From Andalucia godoyi And28 (lineage: Eukaryota; Protista; Jakobida): a stretch of 248,000 bases of DNA. The stretch lies in the NCBI GenBank assembly GCA_009859145.1, contig VRVR01000013.1, forward strand, positions 144,001 to 392,000, given 5' to 3'. Under the pieces are notes generated by a model. The model saw nothing but the letters and a program-made list of their open reading frames with translations. It was not told where the DNA came from and searched no databases. The position numbers and the translations under genes are program-made. The first letter of the stretch is position 1. Each line of letters starts with the position of its first letter. Shown in pieces: positions 235,984 to 247,284 of this stretch.

Positions 235984-237906
235984 GTGATGACGGAGGAGGC
236001 TTCTGTGGCATTCGTCGAGGTGCGGATCATGCTCTATCGATCCTCGGATGTGTCGTGGGACGAGCTCTTCATGCTCGATGCTTCTGGCGAAGTGCAGCGA
236101 GAATGTATTGTGGATCTGTACGCAGATGAAGAACGGAATTTGTACCGGCTTGTTGGATACCTGCGCGACACTCTCGTGTTGCATCTTCCAATCCGATCTC
236201 CCACCGACGCGCTGGACTATGTTGCTTCGACCGGCACGTTTCATCAGTTCTTAAACGCATTTCACATCAAACAGATGCCAAACGTGCTGACGGATCTTTC
236301 CGCATTCCTGCACGACGATGTTGTGGCCTATGGTTTCTTGTTTCCAACTGCAGAGTCTGCGGCTGCGTTTGAGAGGATCTTGAAAAATTGTTGTAGCAAA
236401 GTGGATCGGTTGGCGCAAACACAGCAATCCGCAGTTCCGGCGGATATCGGTGAGGCACCGTCCAGATCAAGATCACGATCCGTCCGTTGTGGGTCCCTCG
236501 CATCGACGACCGCTGATCCCGAAAGTGCTGCGAAGCCACAGGTAAGAAGCGACCAAAAGGACGCTTCATTGTCGAATAGGTGTCCAACGCAGGATGCGAC
236601 TGAGCCCCCGCGTCTGTACGTAGCTTCCTTTCCTGGGTGGGACGCTTTGGACAAGGCCTCGTTGACAGCGACCCACGAGGATGCATGGGAAGACGAGACC
236701 GTCTCGGCTGTCTTCGTCGAAGACGCAGTGCGTCTCGACGCTGCGTCAAGCTTGGCTTCTTCCGTGGTTGTTGCCGGTCCGGCGACGGCGGAGCCGGAAT
236801 GCACATCTTCCTCGCATGTTACGACACCAGAATCGATCTCAACGTCTGAAACGCCACGGATCTCGACTGCAGAATTGGTCCCTCCCGACGACTCGTCGCT
236901 GTGTCCTCCCGAGGATGAGGGATACACATCGCAACCGCAACCGCAACCGCAACCGGCGGACGCCGTCACCGTGCAAGCCTCGGAAGATGCACTGGCCCAG
237001 CGACAGGACGACCGTACGGAACCGGAGATCACAACTGCAGACGCAGCAGCGCAGGCTTCGCCGGAGGCAACAGAAGAATATGAGCAAGGCGACGATCGTC
237101 AGGATGCAGAGACGCAGAGTGCACAGTCAGATCGTCCGAATGAAACCACTGATTCAGCCGGTTCTCACTCTGTGGGTGACTCTGTGGCAGCAGAACCTGA
237201 ATTGGAAAATGTACAAAATGCGCCGCAGAATGACAGAGCCGAGGCATCCTCGCATTCCTCGTCCGCTCAGCCGCAGCAAGAAGAATCACAGGATAGCAGC
237301 CGCTTGCAAAAATTCAAGCGTCGTATGGAAGCATTTACCACAGGCAGGGAAAGTGTGCTGACTGTGTTCTCCGATTCGGATGTTCTTGTGCTGCAGACTG
237401 GAAATCAAAAGGGATTCGTTTCGTCCTCCGGCAGTCCAACCAGCCGCCGGGCTCATGAAATCGTCGTCCAGGAAGTTGAGACCTCTCACGTGGATTCTTT
237501 GCGGGAAGCATCTGCAATGCCAGACCCGTCATGGATGTCTACTTTGCAGACAATTCGCGATGGTTCAGTTCTCCGGAAGGTTTTGAAGCCCAAAGATTCC
237601 TTGGTTTTTGTTCCTCTGCATTATTTGAAGGCCCCTCCTCCGAAGCACTCTGCAAACCTCATGTCGTCTCCAGCCGCGTCCCTGAACACCAAAACAGTCT
237701 CGGATGCAGAAATTGGTTGGAGAAGACAGCGCAAGGACATAGTGGATTCTAAGGATGGCGTGAACGATGAGCTGCGCACAATGTTCTACTCGGAATTAGA
237801 GGGTATGCGTGAATCGTTGTTATCCGATTTCCGTGCCGAATTACACGCCACACGTTCCGATTTACTGCGGCTTATCACATCCCGCTCGACGGCGGGCGTC
237901 TCCTAG
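235984..237906 (+). CDS. WH1/EVH1-like protein with C-terminal WH2-like motif
   Basis: N-terminal WH1-like fold ending YGFLFPT..SAAAF; LQTIRDGSVLRKV. Confidence 0.5.
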   Translation: MMTEEASVAFVEVRIMLYRSSDVSWDELFMLDASGEVQRECIVDLYADEERNLYRLVGYLRDTLVLHLPIRSPTDALDYVASTGTFHQFLNAFHIKQMPNVLTDLSAFLHDDVVAYGFLFPTAESAAAFERILKNCCSKVDRLAQTQQSAVPADIGEAPSRSRSRSVRCGSLASTTADPESAAKPQVRSDQKDASLSNRCPTQDATEPPRLYVASFPGWDALDKASLTATHEDAWEDETVSAVFVEDAVRLDAASSLASSVVVAGPATAEPECTSSSHVTTPESISTSETPRISTAELVPPDDSSLCPPEDEGYTSQPQPQPQPADAVTVQASEDALAQRQDDRTEPEITTADAAAQASPEATEEYEQGDDRQDAETQSAQSDRPNETTDSAGSHSVGDSVAAEPELENVQNAPQNDRAEASSHSSSAQPQQEESQDSSRLQKFKRRMEAFTTGRESVLTVFSDSDVLVLQTGNQKGFVSSSGSPTSRRAHEIVVQEVETSHVDSLREASAMPDPSWMSTLQTIRDGSVLRKVLKPKDSLVFVPLHYLKAPPPKHSANLMSSPAASLNTKTVSDAEIGWRRQRKDIVDSKDGVNDELRTMFYSELEGMRESLLSDFRAELHATRSDLLRLITSRSTAGVS

Positions 237907-238096
237907 CCAGTGTGAGGGAGTGCGGATTTGAGTGTGCGTGTGCATATGAGTTCATGAATGGGTGCACGGAAAGAAGATGAAAGCACATCTGTACATATTG
238001 TTTACTTTCAAAAAAAGAATTTTTTTTAAAAAAAAAGGAGAGCAACAAAGGGCGCGGCGGCAAAACGCGAGTCATGTGACTGTGTGCCGTCTGGGC

Positions 238097-239359
238097 CTAG
238101 GAATTGACAGTACTTGATTCTTCATCAAATATGACCTCATCGTCAGACTTCGGGACAACCTGGAAGTTTGTCGATGCATATTGCATAATAAACGCCATTA
238201 TACGGGAAATCTCTGCATCAACGCAGCCAATTGTTTTGAGGACGGGAACGTAGGTGGTTGCAATGAAACGGCACATCTTGGGAAACTGCCTCGGAAAACG
238301 CTCCGACATTGGTCTTCCGACAAGAGTAAGAAACCTGTCCAGCAGCAAAGAAGAAATTCTGGTCGGCACCGCGTTAAGCGTCGCCGCAAGCCACATATAC
238401 GCATCCTCCAATCCAAAGGGGTGCACGGCCGGTTTGCCACTTCGGGAGCCATAGTTGATGTCATACAACGGCGTTCGCATAATGGCGAATAAAAATGACA
238501 CGTATGCCTTCATGCGGAGAGTGTACTCTGCTTCTGTCTCCCATCTGGTATTACCTTCCTTCTTGACATAGCCGCATGCTCCAAGATACGCCGCTTCACT
238601 GGCGAAGTCCTTCTTCCGGTACAGCTTGGGGATGGATGGCGGGCAAACTTGGTTGAGCAAATGCAACGTAACTGGAGCGAGGTCCGGAATTTCGAAAGAG
238701 ACACGGCAAAACACCAAACCCAGGGCAAACGACAACTTGTCATCCTTGAGAGCATACGCCACCGACTGGTCAATCAATGTGGCGGCAACAAGACACAATG
238801 AAAAATCATAGCCTTCTTCGTTTCCCGGACGGTTCAGTTCATTGAGGCCCGACACCACTTGCTCGGCAGCGGCCTTGCACTTGGAGCGCGAAGCGGTGAC
238901 TGTGTTGAGAATCCCTCGAAACAGTCGACGCACACTCTTGACCGTCTCCTTAAATTGCGGTTCATTCTGCTTGTCGAGGATCGCGAGGTATGTCTGGTAC
239001 CGATGATTCACAGCTCGCTTTCTCTCCTCCATCAAGCGCTCATGAAATGGCGTATCAGGTGAATCCACACTGCGGCTGCTTGGCATTTCCACGGTTGCAG
239101 AGCTTGCCAGGTGCGGTACTGCAGGAGCAGCTGTAGCAATCGGAGCGGCAGCAAGAGGAGGAGGATTATTTTGGGCATTTGATTCTTGCAATTCCGCAGG
239201 AATTTGGGATTTCTGCAGGGCTTCCTGCTGTTTCAAAGTATCCTGCGCTTGCCTCTGCGCGGTTTCTTGCCGCAGTTTCTCTTCTTCGACTTGCAAGCGT
239301 TTGAAAACTTGCTGGGCTTCCTTTCCAAGGGTATTCAGCAAAACACCAAGCGGATCCAC
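238097..239359 (-). CDS. GLE1: mRNA export factor Gle1
   Basis: CPPSIP, RWETEAEYTLRM, WLAATLN, YPRQF-like motif. Confidence 0.75.
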   Translation of the reverse strand: MDPLGVLLNTLGKEAQQVFKRLQVEEEKLRQETAQRQAQDTLKQQEALQKSQIPAELQESNAQNNPPPLAAAPIATAAPAVPHLASSATVEMPSSRSVDSPDTPFHERLMEERKRAVNHRYQTYLAILDKQNEPQFKETVKSVRRLFRGILNTVTASRSKCKAAAEQVVSGLNELNRPGNEEGYDFSLCLVAATLIDQSVAYALKDDKLSFALGLVFCRVSFEIPDLAPVTLHLLNQVCPPSIPKLYRKKDFASEAAYLGACGYVKKEGNTRWETEAEYTLRMKAYVSFLFAIMRTPLYDINYGSRSGKPAVHPFGLEDAYMWLAATLNAVPTRISSLLLDRFLTLVGRPMSERFPRQFPKMCRFIATTYVPVLKTIGCVDAEISRIMAFIMQYASTNFQVVPKSDDEVIFDEESSTVNS

Positions 239360-240277
239360 AGGTCGTCTGCATCGTCATCATCGGGAAACTCAAAAAGAAA
239401 AGAAAAGAAAAGAAAAAAAGAACAACATGAGAAAAACACACAACCGAGAAGAAGAAGAAGAAGGGAAAAACCGGTGAAGAGGAGAACGGCGGAAAGGGGA
239501 GCATTCAGATAGCGTTACATAGGAAGTTACAAGAGAAAAAAAAAATCTACTTGACACATACGGAGAAACTTCGTAACTAAAAGACGATGACGAAGTGCGG
239601 CGAACCTGTGCATTGTTCGCAAGGAGAAACGCCGACATGCATTCCTCCGACTGCGTTGTCAACAACGTACGCACATCTTCTCTGTACTTTGACTTTAGCG
239701 AATGATAGTCGCCAGATTCGGACATGGTTTTTACTGTGCAGTGAAGCCCGTGCGTGCGTGTGTGCGTGCACTTTAGGGGGAAAAATCCAACAGCAAAACG
239801 CGATGGAACGCGAAAAATGAGAGCGAATATGCGCGGCTTTCTATTTTTTCTTTTATTCTTTTGGACACACACAAAAACAGGAAAAAGCCACTCTTAACTG
239901 GCTTGTGTCCTAGTATCACTTTTGCTTGCATCAAGAGGCAGTCTCAACTGGAAGTCAAACTTGACCAAGCCAAAAGCAACCCAATAATAACACAATATTA
240001 ACCAAAGCAAAACCAAAAAAACCCGCGGGCTTGCAGCAACCTGCAAGGAACGACGAAAGGGAAAAAACAGACTGGCGGAATTCCTCGCTTCCGCGTGCAC
240101 CGTCTGAGCCGAGCCCATTCTTTTTATATTTCCCTCTACATATACATATACATGTCTTTTCTCTCTTTCTTTTCACATTTTCCTTTTTCCTTTTCCCTTT
240201 TCCTTTTCCTTTTTCCTTCTTCCTTTTCCTTCCTTTTTTTCTTCTTCAATTGATTTGATTTCTTCTTCTTTTGTCCC

Positions 240278-243200
240278 TTGTTTGTTCCTCCGTTTGCCAT
240301 TTTGGTCCAAGAAATGGGGTCTCTGTTTTCTTCGGCGGCTCTGCGGCTGCTCTTGCTGGTTTCGGCGGTGGCGGCGGTGGCGATGGCCCAGGTCCAGCTG
240401 ACTCCGGGACAAATGTCGTTCGTTACCATTGTGCAGAAGGGTGGCCAGTGCAACGCATGCACGTTCCTGACAGCACCTGTCTCGCTGACCGACGGCAACT
240501 TTGTTGCAATTTCGATCATCAACTTCTACGGAGACGCCGATGCGACAATCACGAACCCTGCGGGCAGCTCGTGGACACTGTCTTCTCCGACTTCTGAAGT
240601 GCTTGTGGTGAAGTTTGGCGATCCCAAGTTCCAGAATAATGCAGTGATGAACATCACCGTGACGCCGTACCCTCCTGGCGCCGAAGTTTGGTTTTCTGTG
240701 TTGTATTACTATTCGCAGGCGACATATGCGAATGCCATTTCGCTGGTTCCTGGACTGCCCTTGATTTTCAGCACCCCCAGCGCACAGTACGTTGATTACG
240801 TTTTTGTGCCGGACGCTGCCAACAAGTCCCTGTCGTTCTCACTGACTCGGTTAAATGGAGATCCGGATTTGTACGTTGGCATCCAGAACCCGCCAACTCG
240901 CCGCGGAAACGCGCGCTGGAGCTTGACCTCGTCCTCTTCGGAGTTCCTGTACATCAACCACATCACAGATCCTCTGTTTGTTGTTGGCTCTACGTACTAT
241001 ACGTCGGTCTACGGATACAACTCAGCTGGTACCACGTACTCCCTCACGGCATCTGTCGAAGACCAAGGTCATTTGACGACGTTGTTGGAGCGATTCCCGC
241101 ACGAAGAGGTGGTCAAAGCTGGATTATACCGCTACTTCTACGTCTACGCGCCCCGTGATACCGCGGTTCGCATCACCGTGGAGACTGTTTCTGCGTCCGG
241201 AGATCCCGATTTGTACGTGTCAGTTCCTCAGCAGACGTCGTGCAAATGCACTCCTCTTCCTGGTCCAGGTGCTGCCAACTACTACTCTGCATCCTCTCGC
241301 TTTGATTATGTGAACATTCCCGCGAACGATGCACCGCGCGTGGCCTCTGGCTGCGACAATCTGTGCATCGGTGTTAGAGCATTTGGTACTTCAGATGCGA
241401 CGTTCCGAATCACGTATGTCGCACAGGGAGATCCAGTGATCCTAGAGGATGGAGACTCGGTCATCACAACGGTGGCTCCAAATGCCCCTCTGTTCTATGT
241501 ATTTGAGAAGAACGATCCGGTTCCGGGTTTGACCTTTGAAGCGCAGGATATGGGAGGAAAATGCAGTTTGTTTGTGAACTTCCAATCCCCGAACCCGTCT
241601 GCACAGAAGGCCGACTGGACTGGAAACTATACTGGATTTGGCTCGAAGGTTTTCATTCCTCAGGGCTCGCTTGCCGGAGTTTACTACGTCGGTGTTTACC
241701 AATGGACTGGTTTTGCAGGAGACAATTCTACTTGCTTGCTGACGTCGTACACTTCACAACAATCAGAGCTTTTGGTCGACAGTGTGGTGTTGTATGGCAA
241801 GACTGTTATTGAAGGAGCTTATCGGTACTTTGATTTCCAGGTTTCCGATCCTCGTTTTGATGTCATCGTCTCCATTTCGCCTCTTGCCGGCACCGACGCT
241901 GATTTGTATGGTGCATACGGTTTCCGCCCTTCATCGACGAACTACACGTTCAAATCGACGCGCCTTGGAACGGACCAGTTCTTGGTGAATGCTTCTGATC
242001 CATCGACCTTCCAACTCGGAACACTGCACATTGCAGTTTTCGGATGGCTGCAGTCGACGTTCTCGATCGTCGCTTACACTGCGAACAACTCGGTTACGCT
242101 TTCACCCGGATTTGTTCAGGCAGGCAATGTTGGTCGCAAGCGATACAATTTTTACAACATCTTCAATTCTATTGCGGGAGGCAATATGTTCATTTCTCTG
242201 GTTTCCGTGGGAACTGGAGATGCTGATTTGTATGCAGGATTTGGCTCTTCGTATGCCCGGCCGGATGCATCGCACAACCAGTTTGCGTCTTCCCACAGTG
242301 GTGGCGATTTCATTGTCATTCGCGGAACCAGTGTTGGAAATTACTACATCAGTGTTTTTGGATTTTCAGCAGCGGACTACCGTATTGTGGCTTCCGTCGA
242401 GGGTTCCGGAAAGCCTGGGTTGCTTGAAGTTGCGGAGGGAACTGCCACGTCGATGGCGTTGGATCCTGGCATGGGCTTCGATGTGCTTGGCTTTTTGGAT
242501 GACCAGAGGGACATGGTGATTTCGGTTACCCCTCTTGAAGGAACGTTGTCGACGTTTGTCAAGTTTGGCAGCCGCGCTACCAATATGCCCGGAGGTTCCA
242601 ATGCAAAGTCCACTGATCCTTATCCTGGAAACATGTTGTATCTGCCTACTTCCGCGCCGTACTTCAGCGCAGGAATGGTATTTTCGAACATCCAGAACAC
242701 GGGGACTCATCGTGCATTCTTCCAGATCAATTATCTGCAACCTCCGTCTGCCGCCGGCTTGACTGATGGCACAATCCTCAACCTTGAGGACGGATACCCG
242801 ACGATGCTGACTCTGCAGGACGCCTCCAAGGCAATTTTGGGACGGTTTTACATCACTCCGCCTGCAACAGATGCGTATCCGTTTACAGGCCGATTCTTGT
242901 CCATCTCCGTTCCGTTCTACTCTGGTATGGGCAATGTATCTGTTTCTCTCTCCTCGACGTTTGCAAAGGTTTTGCATTCGGTTTCCGGCCCTGGAAACCA
243001 CCGCATCTTTGTGCCGTACGATACCATTTTCACGGCAGGTCAGTACTGGGCAATCAACGTGTATATCCGTGTGACGGTGTACGCTCCGGGTGCCACCTTT
243101 GCCCTCCAGGTAGCAAGCGACGATGGTATCCGACGTCTGACTCGCGGAACTGCATTCTTCTCCGAACTCGGGCCGTTGCCGACCTTGAAGAACCACTTTT

Positions 243201-246200
243201 CGACTCCCATGCCTGGTGACTTGCCGTCGACCGCCTTGATTCTGTTCTCCTGCACGAATGATCCCGCCCCCGTGTTTTCTGCTGGAGAAGGCGCATCACC
243301 ACAAGCACTTTCCAATGTCCAGTTGTCGCAGTCTTCGACGGAAAATCCGTTTGTGACGTTCTTGGATTATCAGAATTCTGCGGTTTGCGGTTCGCATTGC
243401 TATGTGTACCTGACGGTGAACTCCACGCTGACCAACTTCACGTATGGAATGATGCGCATCGACCAAGACGAACCTTCTTTACACGGATTGAGTGTGTATC
243501 AGAATGGTCTCGTTCAGCAGCGAACTGTTCTGCTCAAGGCAGATATCCAACAGGAAGTCACGGCAGACTACGCATTCTTTGCCGTCCCGTCGTTTTCCCT
243601 GCAAAATGGGGAAGTTGTTCGGACGAACGTGTACTCCTCTTGTGCTTGCGAGCGACATGCCATCATGTCAACTCCTTATCAGCCTGCCACTGCCTATTCC
243701 GCGGACAGCAGCTTCGTGTACTACTCGTTTAATCTTCCTTCTGATGGAGTCTACTCGTTCTGCGTCGTGGCTCGCGCGCAGACTGCTGGCACTGAACGGG
243801 CGTATGTCCCACTGAAGGACATTTTAGTTGCCGCTGCGACGACGGTCGTCACTCAGGATAGTCCGGTGTTTCCGAATATTCAATTTGGCAGTTCCAAGAC
243901 ATTTGCCTTCAACCACGTTGCTGCCGCCGCGGATTTCCAAGTGAGTTTCACTCCGTACTCTGGATTTGCCAGCGTGTTTCTGAAGTACGGTCTGGCCCCG
244001 CTTGCTGACGGTTCGAATGCTGACCGTTCTGCAGTCTTGACAGTCCCTGGCAACTCCATCTATGTTGACACAAAGGACGATGAGTTCTCGACGGGATACT
244101 GGTTCGTAACGGTCGTTCCTTCTCGCGGTGCTGTTTACGGTGCGTTGGAGGTGAACACCTATTCCCCGTCGTCCTTGAACCTGAATGCTCTTGACCTCGG
244201 GTATCCGATCTACAACACTGTTCCCTACCACGATATCATGCTCTACAGTGTCCAGGGGTTGTTCATGGATGAGCATTCCGTTGTTGAAATTTCAGCGACT
244301 ATCGCCTACGGCAGGGTGGATCTCTTTGCCGGAACGCTGCAAAATGTCACTCTGGATTCATCGTTGGCCGCGTCTGCTGGTCCGGGATCACGTCGTGTGT
244401 ACCTCTTTGGTCGCGAACTAGGTGTGACTGCTGCGCAGTTTGTGCCGTTGTATGTCGGAGTTCGCGGAGCCCGTCAGGGCTTGTCCAATTTTGTGTTAAC
244501 AGCAACTCTTATCCAGGGACCGAATCCTACCGAGTCGACTCTGCTTTGGGGTGTTCCTCAAGTCTTTGGAGCCCCCAACAACGAGAATCGTACGTTCCTT
244601 ACTCTCTCTGGCGGCACCCGGGAACTCTGGTCTGCCTTGTATGTGGAGCGCTGTGACAACTCTCCGACCGGAACGCTGAGCCTGTACTACGCTAACAACC
244701 GCCTGCCGACCCCAGTCGACAAGGATGGCTCTGCTGTTGTGACAACCTTTTCTGCATTGGTGTTGAATCAAACGGAGCCTCCCAAGAACACTTGGATGTA
244801 CTACAGTGTGTATCCTACAAACGGCGCATTTGTTTACTCCTTGACGCGCTTGACTGCTGGAATTGCGGTTCCCACGGCCGGAGTGATGGTTGTGTCGTCA
244901 TCTGCACCGTCGACTCTGACAGTTGCGTTCACGGCTGCAACAAGCCCTGATGGCGGCCCCCTGGAGTACGCAGTGTTCATCGCAAGAGCAGAAGATGATT
245001 TCCGATTCCCGAATAACCTGTACACTGTTTGCGGCTGCGAGCGGAACGCGCAGATGTTTTTCGGATATCACCAGCCCACAACCGCGAATTTCCCTCGTGA
245101 CGCACAAGGCCGCTTGACCTACACGCCGCTGAACATGGCAAATGGAACGTATGTGGTTAACGTGGTTGCGCGCAGCTCGACCGGACAGTACGCTGTTTAC
245201 GGAGTGCAAACCGTTAACGTGGTGTCGACTATTGCATATCTTCCTCTCGGCCAAGTGCAGTCCGGTGCATTGCGAGCGATGGGCAGTCAGCTGTACTCAT
245301 TCTCCCAGATGAATGACGAGACTTTCCTGGTATCTGTGGTGCCGTTTGTGGGCTCCCACATGTCGGTTTGCGTTAAACAGGGAACCCCGCCTACGGAGGA
245401 TGACTCGTGTTTCACAGCAGCACCGCCGGGACGCGCCATGCGTATTAGCAAGGATGATGCTGATTTCAGACTTGGTCAGTGGTTTGTTCTTGCCGATGGA
245501 TCTGCCTTGGAAAATGAGCAATTCAACTTGCTTGTTTACTCGAACAACTTTTTCGGAGGTGCCGCTCTCACTAGCACTGCCCCGACGTACATGTCCTCCG
245601 TGGCGTCGTCGGTGAATGAGTTTTTCTTCCCGCTCCGTAACTTCCACGCCAATGCCGTTTCTGACGTCATGGTCTCAGTGACGGTAACACAGGGCAGCGC
245701 AGATGTCAATATTTTTGCCGATTCTCGTTCTGGCCATCCTGTTATCAAGACTCTTAGCGGACCAGCCACCACGCTGTTCACCGATTTGCATCCGGATGTC
245801 TTGACTGGTGTTGGAGCCCTGTCGATTGTCGCGACTTCCAGGGCAACCTCTCCTGTACCGGCAACGTATGTCATTTCCGTTCAACAACCAGGAGTAGAGT
245901 CTCTTATTGTGCAGAGCACGCCTACGCAGTCCTATGTCTCGAGCCGCTTGGGAGTTCCCACGTTATTCAAGACTGGTGGATTGATCGGACAGACGAACCT
246001 GAGACTTGTTGTCGAATCGTGCACCAACGATCTTCCTCCTGTTGCCTACGTCGGCGCCGCTCGTGTCCCGACTGCAGGCGACAACGACGGACAGGCGACG
246101 ACCGCAGTCGATAATCGCTATGTTTCCATTTTGGGAATTTCTGGAAATCCGGCAACGCCGATCGAGTATCATTATGCTTTCTACCCGAACAATGCACCGG

Positions 246201-246955
246201 AGAATCGGTTTTCGTTCCGGGTCAACTTTGGAGACTCTGATCCCAACTTTGGCGCCTCGCTGAAGATTCTGAATTCCGGTCCAGATTTCGTGACAGTTGA
246301 ATTTGGGGTCCCTACTGGATTTGCTGGAAATTTGGTTGTATCGACTGCATATGGTCCCTCCGTGGATTCAAACAATGTCCGAAACCACTTTTCAACTGCG
246401 TGTGCCGTGCAGCGCACACAGACATTCCAATCCGAGTACACCTCTCTCAACTCCTTCTCCAAGACTCCCATTGGAACGTATCAGTATACTTTCGCTGACT
246501 TGCCAAGTTCTTCGAATTTGGCGTTCAACATTTTGTTCAAGACTGATCGTGGAGTTGTGGTTCCTGCTATCCCGGTGTTCAGTTCGACAAGTTCTCCTGT
246601 GAATGGATTCAAGAACGAGACTTCCAAGCATCTCTCTGGGGGCTCTATTTTCTTGATTCTGTTGACGTGCTTGACGTTCACGTACTTGGTTGCTGGATCG
246701 GTTGTCCAGTACTTCCGTGGTCGCCGAGGAATGGATGTTGTTCCCAACTATGGCTTCTGGCGGATTTTGCCAGGTCTTGTTGCCGATGGTGTTCGTTTGC
246801 TCACGACCTGCGGCGCGTCCAGCTATTCTGCTTTCCAGGATCAGCCCCCTGCTGCTGTTCCAGTCGCTTCCGGGACTGCGCCACCTCCTGCTGCTGCTTC
246901 CGCGGATGCGTCGTTCGCATCGTCGCCGAGCCGTGGCGGATATGGATCGATTTGA
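240278..246955 (+). CDS. Large type-I membrane protein with PPC-like repeats and an MPR/Atg27-like tail
   Basis: Signal peptide, recurring GDPDLYV, tail YLVAG..RGMDVVPNYGFW..LPGLVADG. Confidence 0.6.
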   Translation: MFVPPFAILVQEMGSLFSSAALRLLLLVSAVAAVAMAQVQLTPGQMSFVTIVQKGGQCNACTFLTAPVSLTDGNFVAISIINFYGDADATITNPAGSSWTLSSPTSEVLVVKFGDPKFQNNAVMNITVTPYPPGAEVWFSVLYYYSQATYANAISLVPGLPLIFSTPSAQYVDYVFVPDAANKSLSFSLTRLNGDPDLYVGIQNPPTRRGNARWSLTSSSSEFLYINHITDPLFVVGSTYYTSVYGYNSAGTTYSLTASVEDQGHLTTLLERFPHEEVVKAGLYRYFYVYAPRDTAVRITVETVSASGDPDLYVSVPQQTSCKCTPLPGPGAANYYSASSRFDYVNIPANDAPRVASGCDNLCIGVRAFGTSDATFRITYVAQGDPVILEDGDSVITTVAPNAPLFYVFEKNDPVPGLTFEAQDMGGKCSLFVNFQSPNPSAQKADWTGNYTGFGSKVFIPQGSLAGVYYVGVYQWTGFAGDNSTCLLTSYTSQQSELLVDSVVLYGKTVIEGAYRYFDFQVSDPRFDVIVSISPLAGTDADLYGAYGFRPSSTNYTFKSTRLGTDQFLVNASDPSTFQLGTLHIAVFGWLQSTFSIVAYTANNSVTLSPGFVQAGNVGRKRYNFYNIFNSIAGGNMFISLVSVGTGDADLYAGFGSSYARPDASHNQFASSHSGGDFIVIRGTSVGNYYISVFGFSAADYRIVASVEGSGKPGLLEVAEGTATSMALDPGMGFDVLGFLDDQRDMVISVTPLEGTLSTFVKFGSRATNMPGGSNAKSTDPYPGNMLYLPTSAPYFSAGMVFSNIQNTGTHRAFFQINYLQPPSAAGLTDGTILNLEDGYPTMLTLQDASKAILGRFYITPPATDAYPFTGRFLSISVPFYSGMGNVSVSLSSTFAKVLHSVSGPGNHRIFVPYDTIFTAGQYWAINVYIRVTVYAPGATFALQVASDDGIRRLTRGTAFFSELGPLPTLKNHFSTPMPGDLPSTALILFSCTNDPAPVFSAGEGASPQALSNVQLSQSSTENPFVTFLDYQNSAVCGSHCYVYLTVNSTLTNFTYGMMRIDQDEPSLHGLSVYQNGLVQQRTVLLKADIQQEVTADYAFFAVPSFSLQNGEVVRTNVYSSCACERHAIMSTPYQPATAYSADSSFVYYSFNLPSDGVYSFCVVARAQTAGTERAYVPLKDILVAAATTVVTQDSPVFPNIQFGSSKTFAFNHVAAAADFQVSFTPYSGFASVFLKYGLAPLADGSNADRSAVLTVPGNSIYVDTKDDEFSTGYWFVTVVPSRGAVYGALEVNTYSPSSLNLNALDLGYPIYNTVPYHDIMLYSVQGLFMDEHSVVEISATIAYGRVDLFAGTLQNVTLDSSLAASAGPGSRRVYLFGRELGVTAAQFVPLYVGVRGARQGLSNFVLTATLIQGPNPTESTLLWGVPQVFGAPNNENRTFLTLSGGTRELWSALYVERCDNSPTGTLSLYYANNRLPTPVDKDGSAVVTTFSALVLNQTEPPKNTWMYYSVYPTNGAFVYSLTRLTAGIAVPTAGVMVVSSSAPSTLTVAFTAATSPDGGPLEYAVFIARAEDDFRFPNNLYTVCGCERNAQMFFGYHQPTTANFPRDAQGRLTYTPLNMANGTYVVNVVARSSTGQYAVYGVQTVNVVSTIAYLPLGQVQSGALRAMGSQLYSFSQMNDETFLVSVVPFVGSHMSVCVKQGTPPTEDDSCFTAAPPGRAMRISKDDADFRLGQWFVLADGSALENEQFNLLVYSNNFFGGAALTSTAPTYMSSVASSVNEFFFPLRNFHANAVSDVMVSVTVTQGSADVNIFADSRSGHPVIKTLSGPATTLFTDLHPDVLTGVGALSIVATSRATSPVPATYVISVQQPGVESLIVQSTPTQSYVSSRLGVPTLFKTGGLIGQTNLRLVVESCTNDLPPVAYVGAARVPTAGDNDGQATTAVDNRYVSILGISGNPATPIEYHYAFYPNNAPENRFSFRVNFGDSDPNFGASLKILNSGPDFVTVEFGVPTGFAGNLVVSTAYGPSVDSNNVRNHFSTACAVQRTQTFQSEYTSLNSFSKTPIGTYQYTFADLPSSSNLAFNILFKTDRGVVVPAIPVFSSTSSPVNGFKNETSKHLSGGSIFLILLTCLTFTYLVAGSVVQYFRGRRGMDVVPNYGFWRILPGLVADGVRLLTTCGASSYSAFQDQPPAAVPVASGTAPPPAAASADASFASSPSRGGYGSI

Positions 246956-247284
246956 GATTGATTTGCGCTCTGAATTTGTTTATTTTTCAAGATGCATCCA
247001 TCCTTGCGTTTTTCGAGTTCTGTTTTGCATAAAGTGATTCGTCTCGTGCTTCATAATAGAATAATTTTTTAATTTTAATTTTAATTTTAATTTTAATTTT
247101 TTTTTTTTGGAAATATGACCCCGCGTTGCCCAGAACTTTTGCAGTTGTTTTTTTTAAAGAATATTTGGGCAACAAGCACCCCACACACACAAAATCACAC
247201 CCACACAAACAAACAAACAATAAAAAAGGGAGACAAACTCGCAAAAGACGGAGGATTTGATGGTGCTGCGCAGCTGGGGCACTA

